A DNA stretch of 64,000 nucleotides from Octopus vulgaris (taxonomy: Eukaryota). The position numbers and the translations under genes are program-made. Below are positions 25,735-37,718 of this stretch, in pieces; positions within the stretch are counted from its first letter, which is position 1; each line of letters starts with the position of its first letter. Where the stretch lies: the NCBI GenBank assembly GCA_951406725.2, contig OX597816.1:122574001-122638000 (forward strand), read 5' to 3'. Below the pieces are notes generated by a model that was given only the letters and a program-made list of their open reading frames with translations, had not been told where the DNA came from and ran no database searches.

Positions 25735-26375
25735 TATTATGTCCTTCGAATAAAACCACCAATAGGAGAGAATATAACCAAAGATTGCGTGTAATCCATC
25801 CCATGCAGCTGTGGTAGGTTATACGAAGGCGAAACATGCCGCCCCCTCAAAATAAGGGTAGGCGAAATCACAAAGCAGTGATACAAGGAGATATTGATAA
25901 ATCGGGTATAGCTGATCATGTATGGAAAATTGGTGACCACCTGCCCCTGTGAGATGAAGTTAAAATAATAGACAGAGAACACCACTGGAAAACACGAAAA
26001 CTAAAAGAAGCAGCACATATGCTAGGACAAAATAACCTCCTAAGCAGACCGAGTGCAGATATGTGCAGCATATGGGAACTGTTATTAAGGAAGAATAGAA
26101 AAATATCAGATTTATAAGCCCTAAAATTCACTCAATCATTGCCCACGGGAATGTGGCATAGTGGTTGAGAGCGCAGGCTACTAACCCTAAGATTTCGAGT
26201 TCGATTCCAAGCAGTGACCTGAACAATAATAACAATAACAACAACATCGAAAAAACCTTAGGAATGAGAACCCAGGTTTGAAATTTCCCCCAAGACACCT
26301 GATGAAGTCTGGAGGATATATCAGCTAAAACAACAAACAAGATGAGGACAAATATCCGTCAAATGTAAATAATGA
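25735..26375 (+). mobile_element. Penelope-like element 3' fragment: GIY-YIG endonuclease plus 3' UTR/pLTR
   Basis: KDCV*SIPCSCGRLYEGETCRPLKIRV..KSGIADHVWKIGDHLPL*DEVKIIDREHHWKTRKLKEAAHM..LSRPS..WELLL, followed by a tRNA-like segment and a decayed cctgatgaag hammerhead motif. Confidence 0.85.
26143..26220 (+). other. tRNA-like (pseudo-tRNA or SINE head) segment within the Penelope 3' region
   Basis: A box tggcatagtgg and B box gagttcgattcc at tRNA-like spacing; no intact acceptor stem. Confidence 0.65.
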
Positions 26376-28489
26376 AAATTTTCTAGTTTATTTGAGACAA
26401 GTTCTATAACAGCCACAATGGAATTAGCGCTTTGCAAATTATAGCAGACTAATAGATGCCGCAGATTTTCACCTTAATTTTTTTTTCTAGTATTCAGTAA
26501 ACCATATTTTCTTCAGCTAATTCACCAATTCTTTTGACCTTAAGGTCAACAAGTAATGCAGTCTAGAATACTTTCGCAAACACTATTGTAGCTTTAACTG
26601 CAATGTTCACATCAATCATTGTTTTGAAATTCTTATCTTTTTCTTTTATTATGAATACACGTACACACAAAAAGTACAATGTGCCTTCTATATGTATATA
26701 TATAAGTATTTATACAATATGTATGTGTACATACATACATTCGTGCATACATTCATACACACACGCACTCTCTACCTCACACACACTCATATATGTATAT
26801 ACATACATGTAAATGTGACTATATATATATATATATATCTACGTTGATACTTGCCTGTCTATCTATCTGTCTTTCTGTCTATCTGACTGCTTGCCTGTCT
26901 CACTGTCTACCTGTACGTATACTTATATATATATGAGACTTTACATATACACATGCACACACATCTGTGTATCTAAAAACAGCCTTTTGAGCATCAGACA
27001 CAGTCAACGATTTAATAGCATATTTTTGACAGCTTTCAAACGTTCTGTCCCTGTTGCTTTGCACTCTTAGTGTCATTGATTTCTATATTCCTCTTTTGTT
27101 TTGTTAATTTCCTCGTTCCATATCACTTTCAACATCATGTTCATTTCACTATATTTTTCTTTCCCGTTTTTACACTATATATTCAACCATTTATTTTCCC
27201 CAGCTTTCATTCTTCAGTTTTCTTCCTTCCCTCTTCGTAATTATCATCCTATTTTCTTTACCATCATTATTCTCTTCCTTTTTACCTTCCAACTAGTATC
27301 GACCATGTTCTCTTTGTTATTTCCTTTGTTACAATTTCCTCCCTTTATTCATTATTGTTGTTCAAATGACAGCAAACATCATTCCGTCTGTTTTTGTATG
27401 ATTGAACACATATTTATCTCCTCTTCTCTTCTGCCCACCTGTAATTACAACTACGTCAGCACATATGTATGTATGTGTGTTTCTATGCATGTCTCAATTA
27501 GCAAGATACCTATAAACTCACTTCATTAGTTGATCCTTGTAGACAAGCTTCATTAGCTTTGCTTGTCCCTAAATCATTATATCTATTTGCTTGCTTCTCC
27601 CTATAGCAGTATGTCAGTATGTCTATTTGTCTGTCCATGCATCAATTTGTCCGTTTGTTTCACTGTTCACCTTAATTCCATTTTTATCAGTCTTCCCTAA
27701 TTCAATTTGTCAATCTATCCTATACAAATTTGTCTGTTTTTCGTTTTTCTTGTCCTTCACTCAATTTATCATTTTGTATTCTGTTTGTTGGCAAAATTTT
27801 CAGAACCCTTATCCTGTATTAACCCGCGTTATCTGTTATAGTCTAACACAATGTAATATGTCAGTTTGTTAGTCTCCATCTCATTGCAGATCTTCCATAA
27901 CTGATTTAGTATTCTATACGTTAGTCTAGATATTTGTTTGCCGTCTAGTCATTTATGAATATTAATTTATCCATCTCTCAATTATTTACCTAACTCGCTC
28001 ACAATCTGGTTCAATGTTACTATATTTTAACAGCGACAAACTAGCAATTTGTGTCTACTGATCTCCTCATACCTATTCTTTTATTCTGTTACTAGTTACA
28101 ATCATTAAACGATGGTCGTGTTGGAGCACAACTTTGCACTGCTTTCATTATTCGTTTTTGTTGATCATAGCATTCGTGACACTTTTATCAGTTTAATACT
28201 TATTTTATCGCCCTATATTTCATCAATCAGAAACATTACTGATTGAACACTGCAATGTTAAGTTATACAATAAACACAAACACGGATACAAACACACATG
28301 CACATACATGTTCGCCTGTATGCTTGTAGGTTCTAAAACAGTGAGTTCTAGCTTTATTTATCAAGATCTGTTTCTTTCTTTCTTTATTGTTTACTTTGTT
28401 TTCCTCCGAACCTGCTTCAAACAGTAAAACTGAATTTTGACTGCTAGATTTGCCCGCGTGTTGAGTTTTGAGTACTGCTTCCATCATTA

Positions 28490-28930
28490 ATCGTCTAATA
28501 TTTTTAGGGTCACTGTAGAAAACCTTAGTTCTGAGCCAATCAGGTTGTTACTGCTCTAAGATTTGGTCTCCAGACTCATTCGGTCCCAAGGAAGAAAGCG
28601 AAAGGTCAGAAGCAGCGTTCATCAGTAAAATAACTTCGATTAAAAGCATTAATTACAGGAAATGTCTGAAAGCTTTGCGTCTCTGCTCTCTTGACGCCGA
28701 AGAGAGAGATACTCTATTAAATATGTAGGGAAATTCCTAGAGGTGTTAGTTCCAAACTTCGGCTTTATAATTTTAATGCAGGAACTGGTAGATACTGTCA
28801 GCTTGCAAATATACTACCTTCGACATCATGGACAAACACACTCTAAATTACCGTTGTGATATTTAGAGTTCCTTAATTGTTCAACATCTTGCCGAAAGAA
28901 ACCAGAAACATAATAGAAAGACATATTGTG
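28490..28930 (+). mobile_element. CR1-group LINE 3' remnant
   Basis: LRLCSL/RRRERYSIKYVGK/LVPN and VP*LFNILPKETRN resemble the CR1/L2 ORF2 C-terminus (L.LYSL.RRRERY.IIY.WK..G.VPN; GP.LFN.LP..IRN). Confidence 0.6.
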
Positions 28931-30014
28931 CATCACAGCTAAGGGATAGGTTGTGCTTTTTCTGGGCAGAATACACAATTTGTTAGGACTGTTTTAACAC
29001 CAGCAGATTCATGATTACATTGGGCTGATATTATTTTGATTTAATATTTGAAAAACAACAATATCTTGATATGCTTCTTCCTACTACTTCAATATATAAA
29101 TAGCGTTTTAAACTTCCTCATTTGCTCTTTTTCACAGCCATTTTCCTTGAGTAAATCTTTAAAAATTCCCCACAAACTATGAAATAACCTAGAATAACAT
29201 GAGCCCCCATTATATGAAGTTGCATGAGTTACTAGCTTGTTAAAGATAATTTTATAACAGCTGTAGATAGTTTTAGCTAAAAGCTAATTGTCGTAACGGT
29301 GACGGTCGTGGTAGGTACGAGGCGTGCAGTAGGAATTATACTTGTTAGTGATGGCATTAATGTTATCACAATAGTATATTTGATTGTGTCTTTTGGTTGA
29401 GATGGATTCAAATTGTGTTAGCAATATTTTAGATTGACGTACTATTTGCGTTGGTGTAAAAGATGTTTGCTTTTTGCTTTCCTTGTTGATTGAGGAGGTT
29501 TAGATTTTGTTATAGTGCTTGTACTGGCACTGGTATTGGTGATTTTAGCTCTAGTAATTGTGCTGGCAATGATGTAGCGGAGCTGGTGGAGGTAGTGAAA
29601 GGTCAACAATATTTCCTTGTAGTATCTAAACTGTTTCTGATAGTGACAGCTGCTACTGTCTATGCAGGCTTGTCTTGTGCATAAATTAGTATGTCATGTG
29701 TGAGAACATATGCACGATTATATGTGAGATTTTGTCATGTGTGTGAACATATATATGTGTGACTGGTTTCTGTTTGTGTTTACTATGCTGGATGATAAGA
29801 AGTGAGAAAACAAAATATTTAGCGAAATATAATACAAAACTAAGAGGTGGGGAAAATGGCTACATTGGAAGAGACAGCGGCACAGACAGAAGGAGAATGA
29901 TAACTATATATATATATAACTTTTGTTAATGTTATGATGTTTTTCTTTTGACATTTGATAGCTGTTACTTTTAGCTATTTTGTTTACAGCTGTTAGTTCA
30001 GTGTCAGTTTTAAC

Positions 30015-30752
30015 ATGGAGTACAAAAACGAACATTTTTGCCACATTTTGCTTTTATATTTCCGTCAAGGCAAGAAAGCTGCTGAAGCTCACAAAGAGAT
30101 ATATGAAGTTTATAGTGTTCATTGCTTAACAGAAGACATGTCGGACATGGTTTTAAAAATTCCGTTATGGAGATTTTTCATTAAAAAATGACCAGTGTTC
30201 AGGTCGACCTACGGAAGTTGATGATGACCGAATCAAAGCCATAATTGAATCTGATTCCCATATAACTGTGCGAGAGATCGCAGAGAGGTTAAATGCATCA
30301 CTCACAACAATTGAAGATAATTTAAAATGTATTGGACTCATTAAGAAGCTCGGTATTTGGGTTCCACATAAATTGAAAGAGTTTCACTTAACACAATGAA
30401 TCAATATTTAAACGCAATGATATCAACCTTTTTTTGAAACGAATTGTCACTGGTGAGGAAAAATGGATTGTCTACAATAGCATCAATCGAAAACGATCAT
30501 GGTCCAAGCATAATGAACCAGCACAAACCACATCGAAAGGTCAATTGCATAAAAAAGCCATACTTTCAATTTGGTGGGATTACAAATGTGTTGTATTTTT
30601 TGAGCTGCTTCCAAGGAACCAAACGATCAATTCAGATGTTTGCTGTCAACAATTAATGAAACTGGAGGAAGTAATCAAAGAAAAACGGCCAGAATTGGCA
30701 AATCGTAATGGAATCGTGTGCCCCCATGACAATATTAGACCACACACGTCTG
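30015..30752 (+). mobile_element. mariner (DD34D) transposase pseudogene, 3'-truncated
   Basis: MEYKNEHFCHILLLYFRQGKKAAEAHKEIYEVY, SGRPTEVDDD, WVPHKL, RIVTGEEKWIVY, SIWWD, FELLPRNQTINS, HDNIRPHTS, then homology ends. Confidence 0.9.
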
Positions 30753-31358
30753 TGAATAGTAATGGGATGTCGGCATTGATGTAGATCAATGAAGGAAAAA
30801 GAAATAAATGGTTTCTAAAGGATCACAAAGTGCTGAAGTGTTAAACGAAACTGAAATTTCGTTGTTGGAAGAGTAATTTCAGAAACGAATGAGATTTTAA
30901 TGGCTTCATGTATTGCTAGGAAATGTTCTTTTCTAACTTCGTCGAATATTTTGGAGTACAAATATGAGTGTAATCAAGATCAGGATCAAGATTATAATAT
31001 GCATGTAAAGAGAAGTTTTTCGCGAGAGACAGATTTCGGCGTTTTATTTTTGCTGCTGCATTGCAAAACGAAAAGGAGACCTAGAAAGAAGGCAACTTTA
31101 AACCTTTGATAGCCTCTTCAAAAGTATGATAAAAGAAACGTTTTTTCTAAATACAGTAATACTGCAGTAGATTCTTTTCACAATTGCTGTTAGTAATGTT
31201 CGTTGTGAGAAGAGCAATCGAAAGTAAATATTTTAAAAAATTACATAGTTTCTACATTAATGTAGAGAAATTTTGCTACACTATCTAAAGTATATCTAAA
31301 CAATATCATTGAACGTGTTGCTAACAAAATACCAAGAATATAACAATGTAGAATGATG

Positions 31359-31555
31359 TATTGGGTTGGCAAGAGAGAAATTTCGATTTTTTAGTGCGAA
31401 ATAAAAGTGCCTTTTATTTCATACAAAGAATGAACTTTAATCAATCACATAATTTCTATTTTGTTCAAGGACATTTTGCATTCTTTCTGGCAACTTCATG
31501 ATTCCGCGCTCATAGAACTTTTTGGAGCAAGTGCGATTTTAGGTCATCAGAACTA
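31359..31555 (-). mobile_element. mariner 3' end (C-terminus and TIR)
   Basis: Minus strand SDDLKSHL..KFYERGIMKLPERMQNVLEQNRNYVID*, ending at TA-ttgggttggc, a mariner-type TIR. Confidence 0.8.
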
Positions 31556-34164
31556 AAGTTGGGAACACCTTCCATATAAATTCATTGGAGCTCGATCTGT
31601 GGTGCTATTACTGTCTATAGGAGATGTTTCCACTCCAACTTGTTACAAATTATTAGAAAATTTATTAGACAGTCGGCTGATCTCTAAGAGGACGGATCTT
31701 TATTTTAGTAAACAGCTTGAAGATTTTAACTTTGGTTCAAAATGACTGCAACTTCAGGCAAATAATGAATTCCTCGTCTTCTGTATTTTTTGGAGCCACA
31801 AGCTGGGTCTAAGGAAGCCATTTCACAACTATGTTGTTATTCCTCCAATTTGAGCTCTGTTGTCACGCAAGTACTACAGATTCTCCAAAGTCATTAGAGA
31901 TTGTTATATATTATCATATATCCGACCACGAGAAGCACCTGACATCTAAAAGTTTCTAATTTCTAAATTGCTGGTCTCGTTTCAAACAGGTGCATCATTT
32001 CTATCCAAGCCAATAGCATCAAGGAAATATATTCCAGCTTCATCTTGCTAAACTTTATCAAACATAGTAAAATGCACTCAACTGTTCTCTCATTAGCATT
32101 GGGATGAGTTTTTTCATTGACCAATGTTGTTACATGTCAACGTATGATTTTTCTTTCAAAGTTCTGCTAATATGCTATGAATTTCAATAAAGTTCTAAAC
32201 CATTTCTCTCATGGGTTTCTTGCCAGTATCGACGAAAGATGCATTGTAGATTTTTACCTGTGCCCTATTTGAGTGTAAGGAACTTAATGCAAGGAATTTT
32301 CAGCAAAGTTATTATGTTACTTGAGCCAAGCTGAAGCTAATTAAATGGTTTACAGCATGTTAAAAGTATAGTGTTTGAGAAAAATTCCTAACAAGGTTAA
32401 ATTCCAAAAGCCCTCACCATCTCCAGTAATCCATCTATAAAGCATACTTTTACGAGATGCGGTAAAAACTTCACCGTTGTTTGTTCTAAGATATTGAAGT
32501 AAATATGGACCTTCAATTTCACGCAGAAGTTGTTAGAAGTAATCCTGTTGAGTGGACGGCACATTATATATCCTGTTAATTATACTGTTAAACTTTGTGT
32601 TCGATATGTGGCAGGGTGGAATCTAATGATTCAACAACATTTATGCAAAAAGTTAAGCAGACAGCTATATCGAATCTTGAAAAAGATTGTAAGCCTCGAT
32701 CTCTTGAATATTATGCAATGTTTTGCAGCAATTTCTTGAGCGAATGAAATTCTTTGTCATTTTACTAGTAGCCTACAAACTGTTGAATGCTGATGTATCT
32801 TTCATGAATGGAAAAATGAAGAAAAAAACCAGCCTCATTGCTGCTGCTGTATTTTATCTACCAGAATTGGGTTACTTTATCACAGACGTTTTGCAGCACG
32901 AGTGCCTTTCTTTATATATTTGCAGACACTTTAGTCGGAATTTATAGAATTGCAAAATTCAACCGAGTTGTGTGCATGATCATGAAAGGCTTTGCTCAGG
33001 AGCGCTTAGAACAAGTTACCTGTTACAAATTGTATGCTGTCCAATCAAATTTGGAAGGTTGCGTTCTGTGGCACTATTCTTCTGTAAGAGGCATAGCGAT
33101 TGTAACCTATTTATTTCTTGAGAAATGGCTTTGGTATATTTGTTGTTTTTCATAGAAAGTGAATACCTCTTGAGGGCCACTCGGGGAGCACGAAGCGTTT
33201 GGGTTTTAACAGTACTAGAAACTCCATGTCACTGAGAGAGTCTAAACAATCTGATGAGACAGAGTAAAGCGGTTTGGAATGAGTATCGTGTTAGCGAGAT
33301 TAAGATATGGCAATGCCCTTTTTGCCTTTCTCTGATAAACATGTGACATCTGACCAACCCAAATACTTGGGGCTTAGCAGATAAAATCGAAATTTTGTGA
33401 AGTTTTTAAGAAAAAAAACCTGGATGCAGGATCATATCTGCGATATATGATTGTAATAGAAATGTTTGTTTTTTCTTGAGTTCTTCCTCTATCGGGAGTT
33501 AGAGACAAAAGTAATGAAGGAGTCTGAGTAGTTGAAATGACGAACTTGTTATTGTATTATGTATGATCCTTATTATTGACGGCATCTCGTAAAAGACATA
33601 CAAGAATCAGTCCGCAGATCTTTTTGATGAGTTCTAATGCAATACAATCTCTCGGACTGCATTTTATGAAACGTATCTGCCGCAAAATGGTAGTGTATAT
33701 CTTGCTGGAGGTGTCAGATCTGGACAGTAATATTTCAAACTGATGAGAATATCCTTTGTAGCAAATCATTTATAAACGGCAGTACTGCATGATGTTGCGA
33801 CAGAAATTTGAACGTGCTGAAAATTTTACATTCGTATTATTACTCTTGATTCTACATATTTACAGTATTTAATTGTTTCTTTAAATATTTTTAATGAAAT
33901 AAATACATTAATACCAATGTTATTATCAATTAGGCACCCATAAGTGCTTAAGTAGATATAGAGAAAATAAAGCCATCTTCAAGGAAACGCAACTCATGTC
34001 ATTGCCCAAAATTCTTGACAGGAATTAGTGTTTGTGAAAGAAATTTCTATCTGATGTATTTTACTGTTCTATAAGAATTTTTTTGCATACAGTAGATAGA
34101 AGAGATGCTCCAAACATATATACCCAAAACAGAACATCTTATTTCCTCCTCTTTTGGCTACACC

Positions 34165-34165
<1 letters not shown>

Positions 34166-34249
<84 letters not shown>

Positions 34250-34270
34250 GCTAGCTAGCTAGCTAGCTAT
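34166..34270. repeat. (TATC)n/(TAGC)n microsatellite 5' of Tx1 element
   Basis: Read directly. Confidence 0.95.
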
Positions 34271-35910
34271 CTTGCGACTAGGCACCTGGAGAAGCAAGCC
34301 CATGCCGTTCACCAGCGCCTCCGTTGTGGACCGACGGTCCGGTCGAGTTGCTCGGGGTCTGGTTCGGTCCGGACCTCCAAATGGAGAACTGGAACGAGAT
34401 AACGAGTAGGGTGGTCACTCTCGCCCGGCAATGGGCCGAGAGGAAGCTGTCCCTAAAAGGTCGGGCGGAGGTGGCGAACACGTACATCGCGTCCGTCATC
34501 TACTACCGCCTGTCCGTCGTGCCTTGTCCCGACCGTACCATCACCAAACTAGAGCGCATTCTCTTTCGCTTCTTGTGGAAAGGATGCGTCCCGATGGTCA
34601 GGCGATCCATTTGCTGTCAACACCCGTTAAAAGGAGGACTGGGCATGCCGTGGTTGATGATGCGCAGACACGCGCTGAGACTGCGACATCTCAGGCTCTT
34701 CGTAGACGACGGTGAATAGGTGTGGTCGCCGTTTGTGAGGCACGCTTTCCCGCAGCTCGTCTCCATGACCGAACTGCAATCGTGGATCAAAAAGAGGCCG
34801 AGGAAGGGCGAATGGCACCGCGAGTGTCGCGTTGCTCTCAAGCAACTCTGCCGTCCTGGGTCAACCTTGAGTGACTCCATCACAACCAAAGCATTATATA
34901 GGGGATTAGTGGAGGGGAGGTATGACGAGAAGCTCGAGGCGAACCTGGACAACTTCCAGAGATCCCTGGCCTGGCAGAGCTACCGAGAAGCGGTACCCGT
35001 TCGGGATAAGCTCTACAGACACGGCTCGAGAAACACGGGGCCGACCTGCCCGAGATGCGGTCAGAGCGACGAAACCGTTCTGCACGCACTCGTGCAGTGT
35101 CCAACAATCTCCGACCTGTGGGCTTATGTCGAACAACTGCTGTCACGTGTGGAACGAGTCGGTTTATCAGCTGAGTCTATCGTCAATATTGTTACGCCAC
35201 CTTCCTTCAAACGGGAAGGAAGAGCTATTTTCATCATCTTTGTGGCTATGGCGAAAGAATGTATCAGGTGGACGCGTCTGAAAGGATTGGAGACAAACAC
35301 TTTCCTCTCTGGTCAACCTCTCATCAACTTCTTCAAGTACCACTTGAAAAGGAAAGTGAGAGTAGAGAGGCAAGTTTTGTCTAGCGAATGTTTTAAAAAA
35401 AAGATGGGTGAATGTAGCAAGGATGGCACGTATGAATGACGAAGCCACCTTGAGCATAATCCTATGAACCCAGAAATTGAAAACAGAGGGTTACCCACTT
35501 GCAAACAAATGTGGTAACATATAACAATATTGACCAAGGTTACCGTGGTCTTTTCCGTAGGCTTTTCTTCCCACGGATAAACCTTACTTGCTTTCCCCTT
35601 TACACCATACATCATGACACTGTGATACACGATCCCTATTGATCGTCTTTTTTTCCTCTTCCTCTTTTTTCCTCTTTTTTCTTCTTTTTTTCATTTTTAT
35701 TTTCTTTTGTTCCCTTTCCTCTTTTCTTTTTTTCTTTCCTTTTTTTTTGTTCTTTTTTCCCTTTTACGGTCCCTTTTGATCAAAAACCTACGCCACCTTT
35801 TTTTTCTTGGTTCTTTTGTTGTTTTTTTTGTTTTTTTCATCCCCCAAAAGAAAAGCTCTACCTTGTAACTTGTCCCATCTGTGTGCAGCCCTGTGTGACC
35901 AATAAATAAA
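34271..35910 (+). mobile_element. L1-group, Tx1-clade LINE, 5'-truncated (post-RT ORF2, C-terminal zinc finger, 3' UTR)
   Basis: LLGVWFG, W.ERKLSLKGRAEV, FRFLW, GGLGMP, CPRCGQSDETVLHALVQC; in-frame TAG at 34717-34719; pyrimidine-rich 3' UTR; ends cagccctgtgtgaccaataaataaa. GC- and CpG-rich relative to its flanks. Confidence 0.9.
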
Positions 35911-35911
35911 C

Positions 35912-35912
<1 letters not shown>

Positions 35913-35992
<80 letters not shown>

Positions 35993-36006
35993 CAACTACC
36001 TATCTG

Positions 36007-36092
<86 letters not shown>

Positions 36093-36140
36093 CAACTATC
36101 TATTTATCTATCTATCTATCTATTTATTTATCTATCTACC
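35913..36140. repeat. (TATC)n microsatellite 3' of Tx1 element
   Basis: Read directly. Confidence 0.95.
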
Positions 36141-36779
36141 TGCTGGCTGTCTCAGAAACTATCTTGCCTGATAGCTTCACCCACACACTCTCTCTCTCTC
36201 TCTCTCTCTCTCTGTACTTACTTATATTTTTGCCTTATGGTATTTGAATGTCGAATGAAATTTGATGTAGTTATATAATTAGTTACAAGTTTTACTGGAT
36301 ATTCAGACAACACGCGTAACATTTACTCATAGAGAATGAAAGTAAGCTAAGTATTTTTAAAAGAAGTTCATCACAAAATGTTATCCCTTAAGTTTACAAT
36401 GGAATATGAATATAAAATCCTACGCTATCATTTATAAGCTGGGAAAACTAAAAGAAAGAATTATTCTAAATGGAATTTCAAGATGCTTTTGAGATTCGTT
36501 GATTTAACGAAAGAAAAAATTTAAAGTGCTGTGATGATATTATAATCTTACAGCGATATGTAGGATAACAGGAGATTTAACTATCTGAAAATCAAATCAT
36601 TAGTGACGTAGAGTGGCAGTCAAACTGTAAACGTCAGTGCATATGCACCTGCACATGATGCATCAGAGTAGATTAAGAGGCTTTTTAAAACACATATCCA
36701 AGGCTCCAGGAAAATGTGATTTGTATGATGTGATAGTGATATATTGGTGAATCTATTACAGAGAATAATAATAATTTCT

Positions 36780-36970
36780 AACGTATAAAAGCATCACAAA
36801 AGTGTGAGGGTATGGTATTTGACCAGTGCTTTATGCCAAGGGCTCAGAAGGGGCGAAAGCAAAGTCAGCATCAGCAGGACTTGTATTCAGAATGCAAAGG
36901 AACTTACACGAAACTAAATATTTCAAGGAATTTTGTCCAGGGCTTTATCTATTCTTCCAGTGACTGCACT
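36780..36970 (-). mobile_element. Very degenerate family B SINE
   Basis: ggggcgaaagcaaagtcagcatcagcaggacttgtattcagaatgcaaag resembles ggatgaaaggcaaagtcgacctcggcggaatttgaactcagaacgtag of 23008-23055. Confidence 0.5.
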
Positions 36971-37272
36971 TCCGAAGGCTAAGAATGCAACTAGGGAGTA
37001 ATAAGTGACAGTGGCATTGCCAAGCTAGTGGTACTTCGGCAATTGTTAATGGATATATAATGACAAATGAAAAGATGATATGAAAGAGATTGGAGAGGGA
37101 GGGACGGAGGCAAGGAAACAAACTAAAAAAGTATTTTATATATTTATAATTTTATATTACGCTTAGATATTTGTTTTGCAACATTCCTGATGTGAAATCA
37201 GGTGTTGAAACAGATATTGTTATATTTCGAGACGATCATTTTTTTTTTTGCCAAATAAATACATGCACTGTT

Positions 37273-37555
37273 TATTCGTTCTTCACTTCAGATTTATTTT
37301 ATTATTGTTCATATTTTATGTTCTATGTCTGAAAATCTTTCTTTACACATCCTGTAACCTTTTCAGCGACTCTCAATCCCACGTGTCTCTCCCTATCCTG
37401 TTTAGACCGAAGAAAGACAAAATGGACTAGACCGGACAGAATTCACATGGGATGGAGAGTTGCTGAAGAGGTCACAGGATGTGTGACGAAAGTTGCCAGA
37501 CATAGAACATGAAATAAGAACAATAATAAAATAAATCTGAAGTGAAGGGCGAATA
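37273..37555. repeat. Inverted repeat (arms 37273-37385 and 37444-37555, ~58-bp spacer) with hammerhead-like core
   Basis: tattcg..cttcacttcagatttattttattattgttc..tgttctatgtctg.. is the reverse complement of ..cagacatagaaca..gaacaataataaaataaatctgaagtgaag..cgaata. Confidence 0.85.
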
Positions 37556-37718
37556 TATATACATACATACACACATACATACATACATACATACATACAT
37601 ACATACATACATACATACATACATACATACATACATACACACATACATACACACATACATACATACATACATACATACATACATACATACATACATACAT
37701 ACAAACACACACACATAT
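37556..37718. repeat. (TACA)n microsatellite
   Basis: Read directly. Confidence 0.95.

Noticed and set aside
26143-26220. Functional tRNA gene
   Set aside because: Acceptor and anticodon stems do not pair properly and it lies inside a TE; the SINE heads elsewhere are likewise not tRNA genes.
27101-27872. Hydrophobic 142-aa and 93-aa ORFs as membrane proteins
   Set aside because: T/C-rich low-complexity DNA yields Phe/Leu/Ser-rich stop-free frames by composition.
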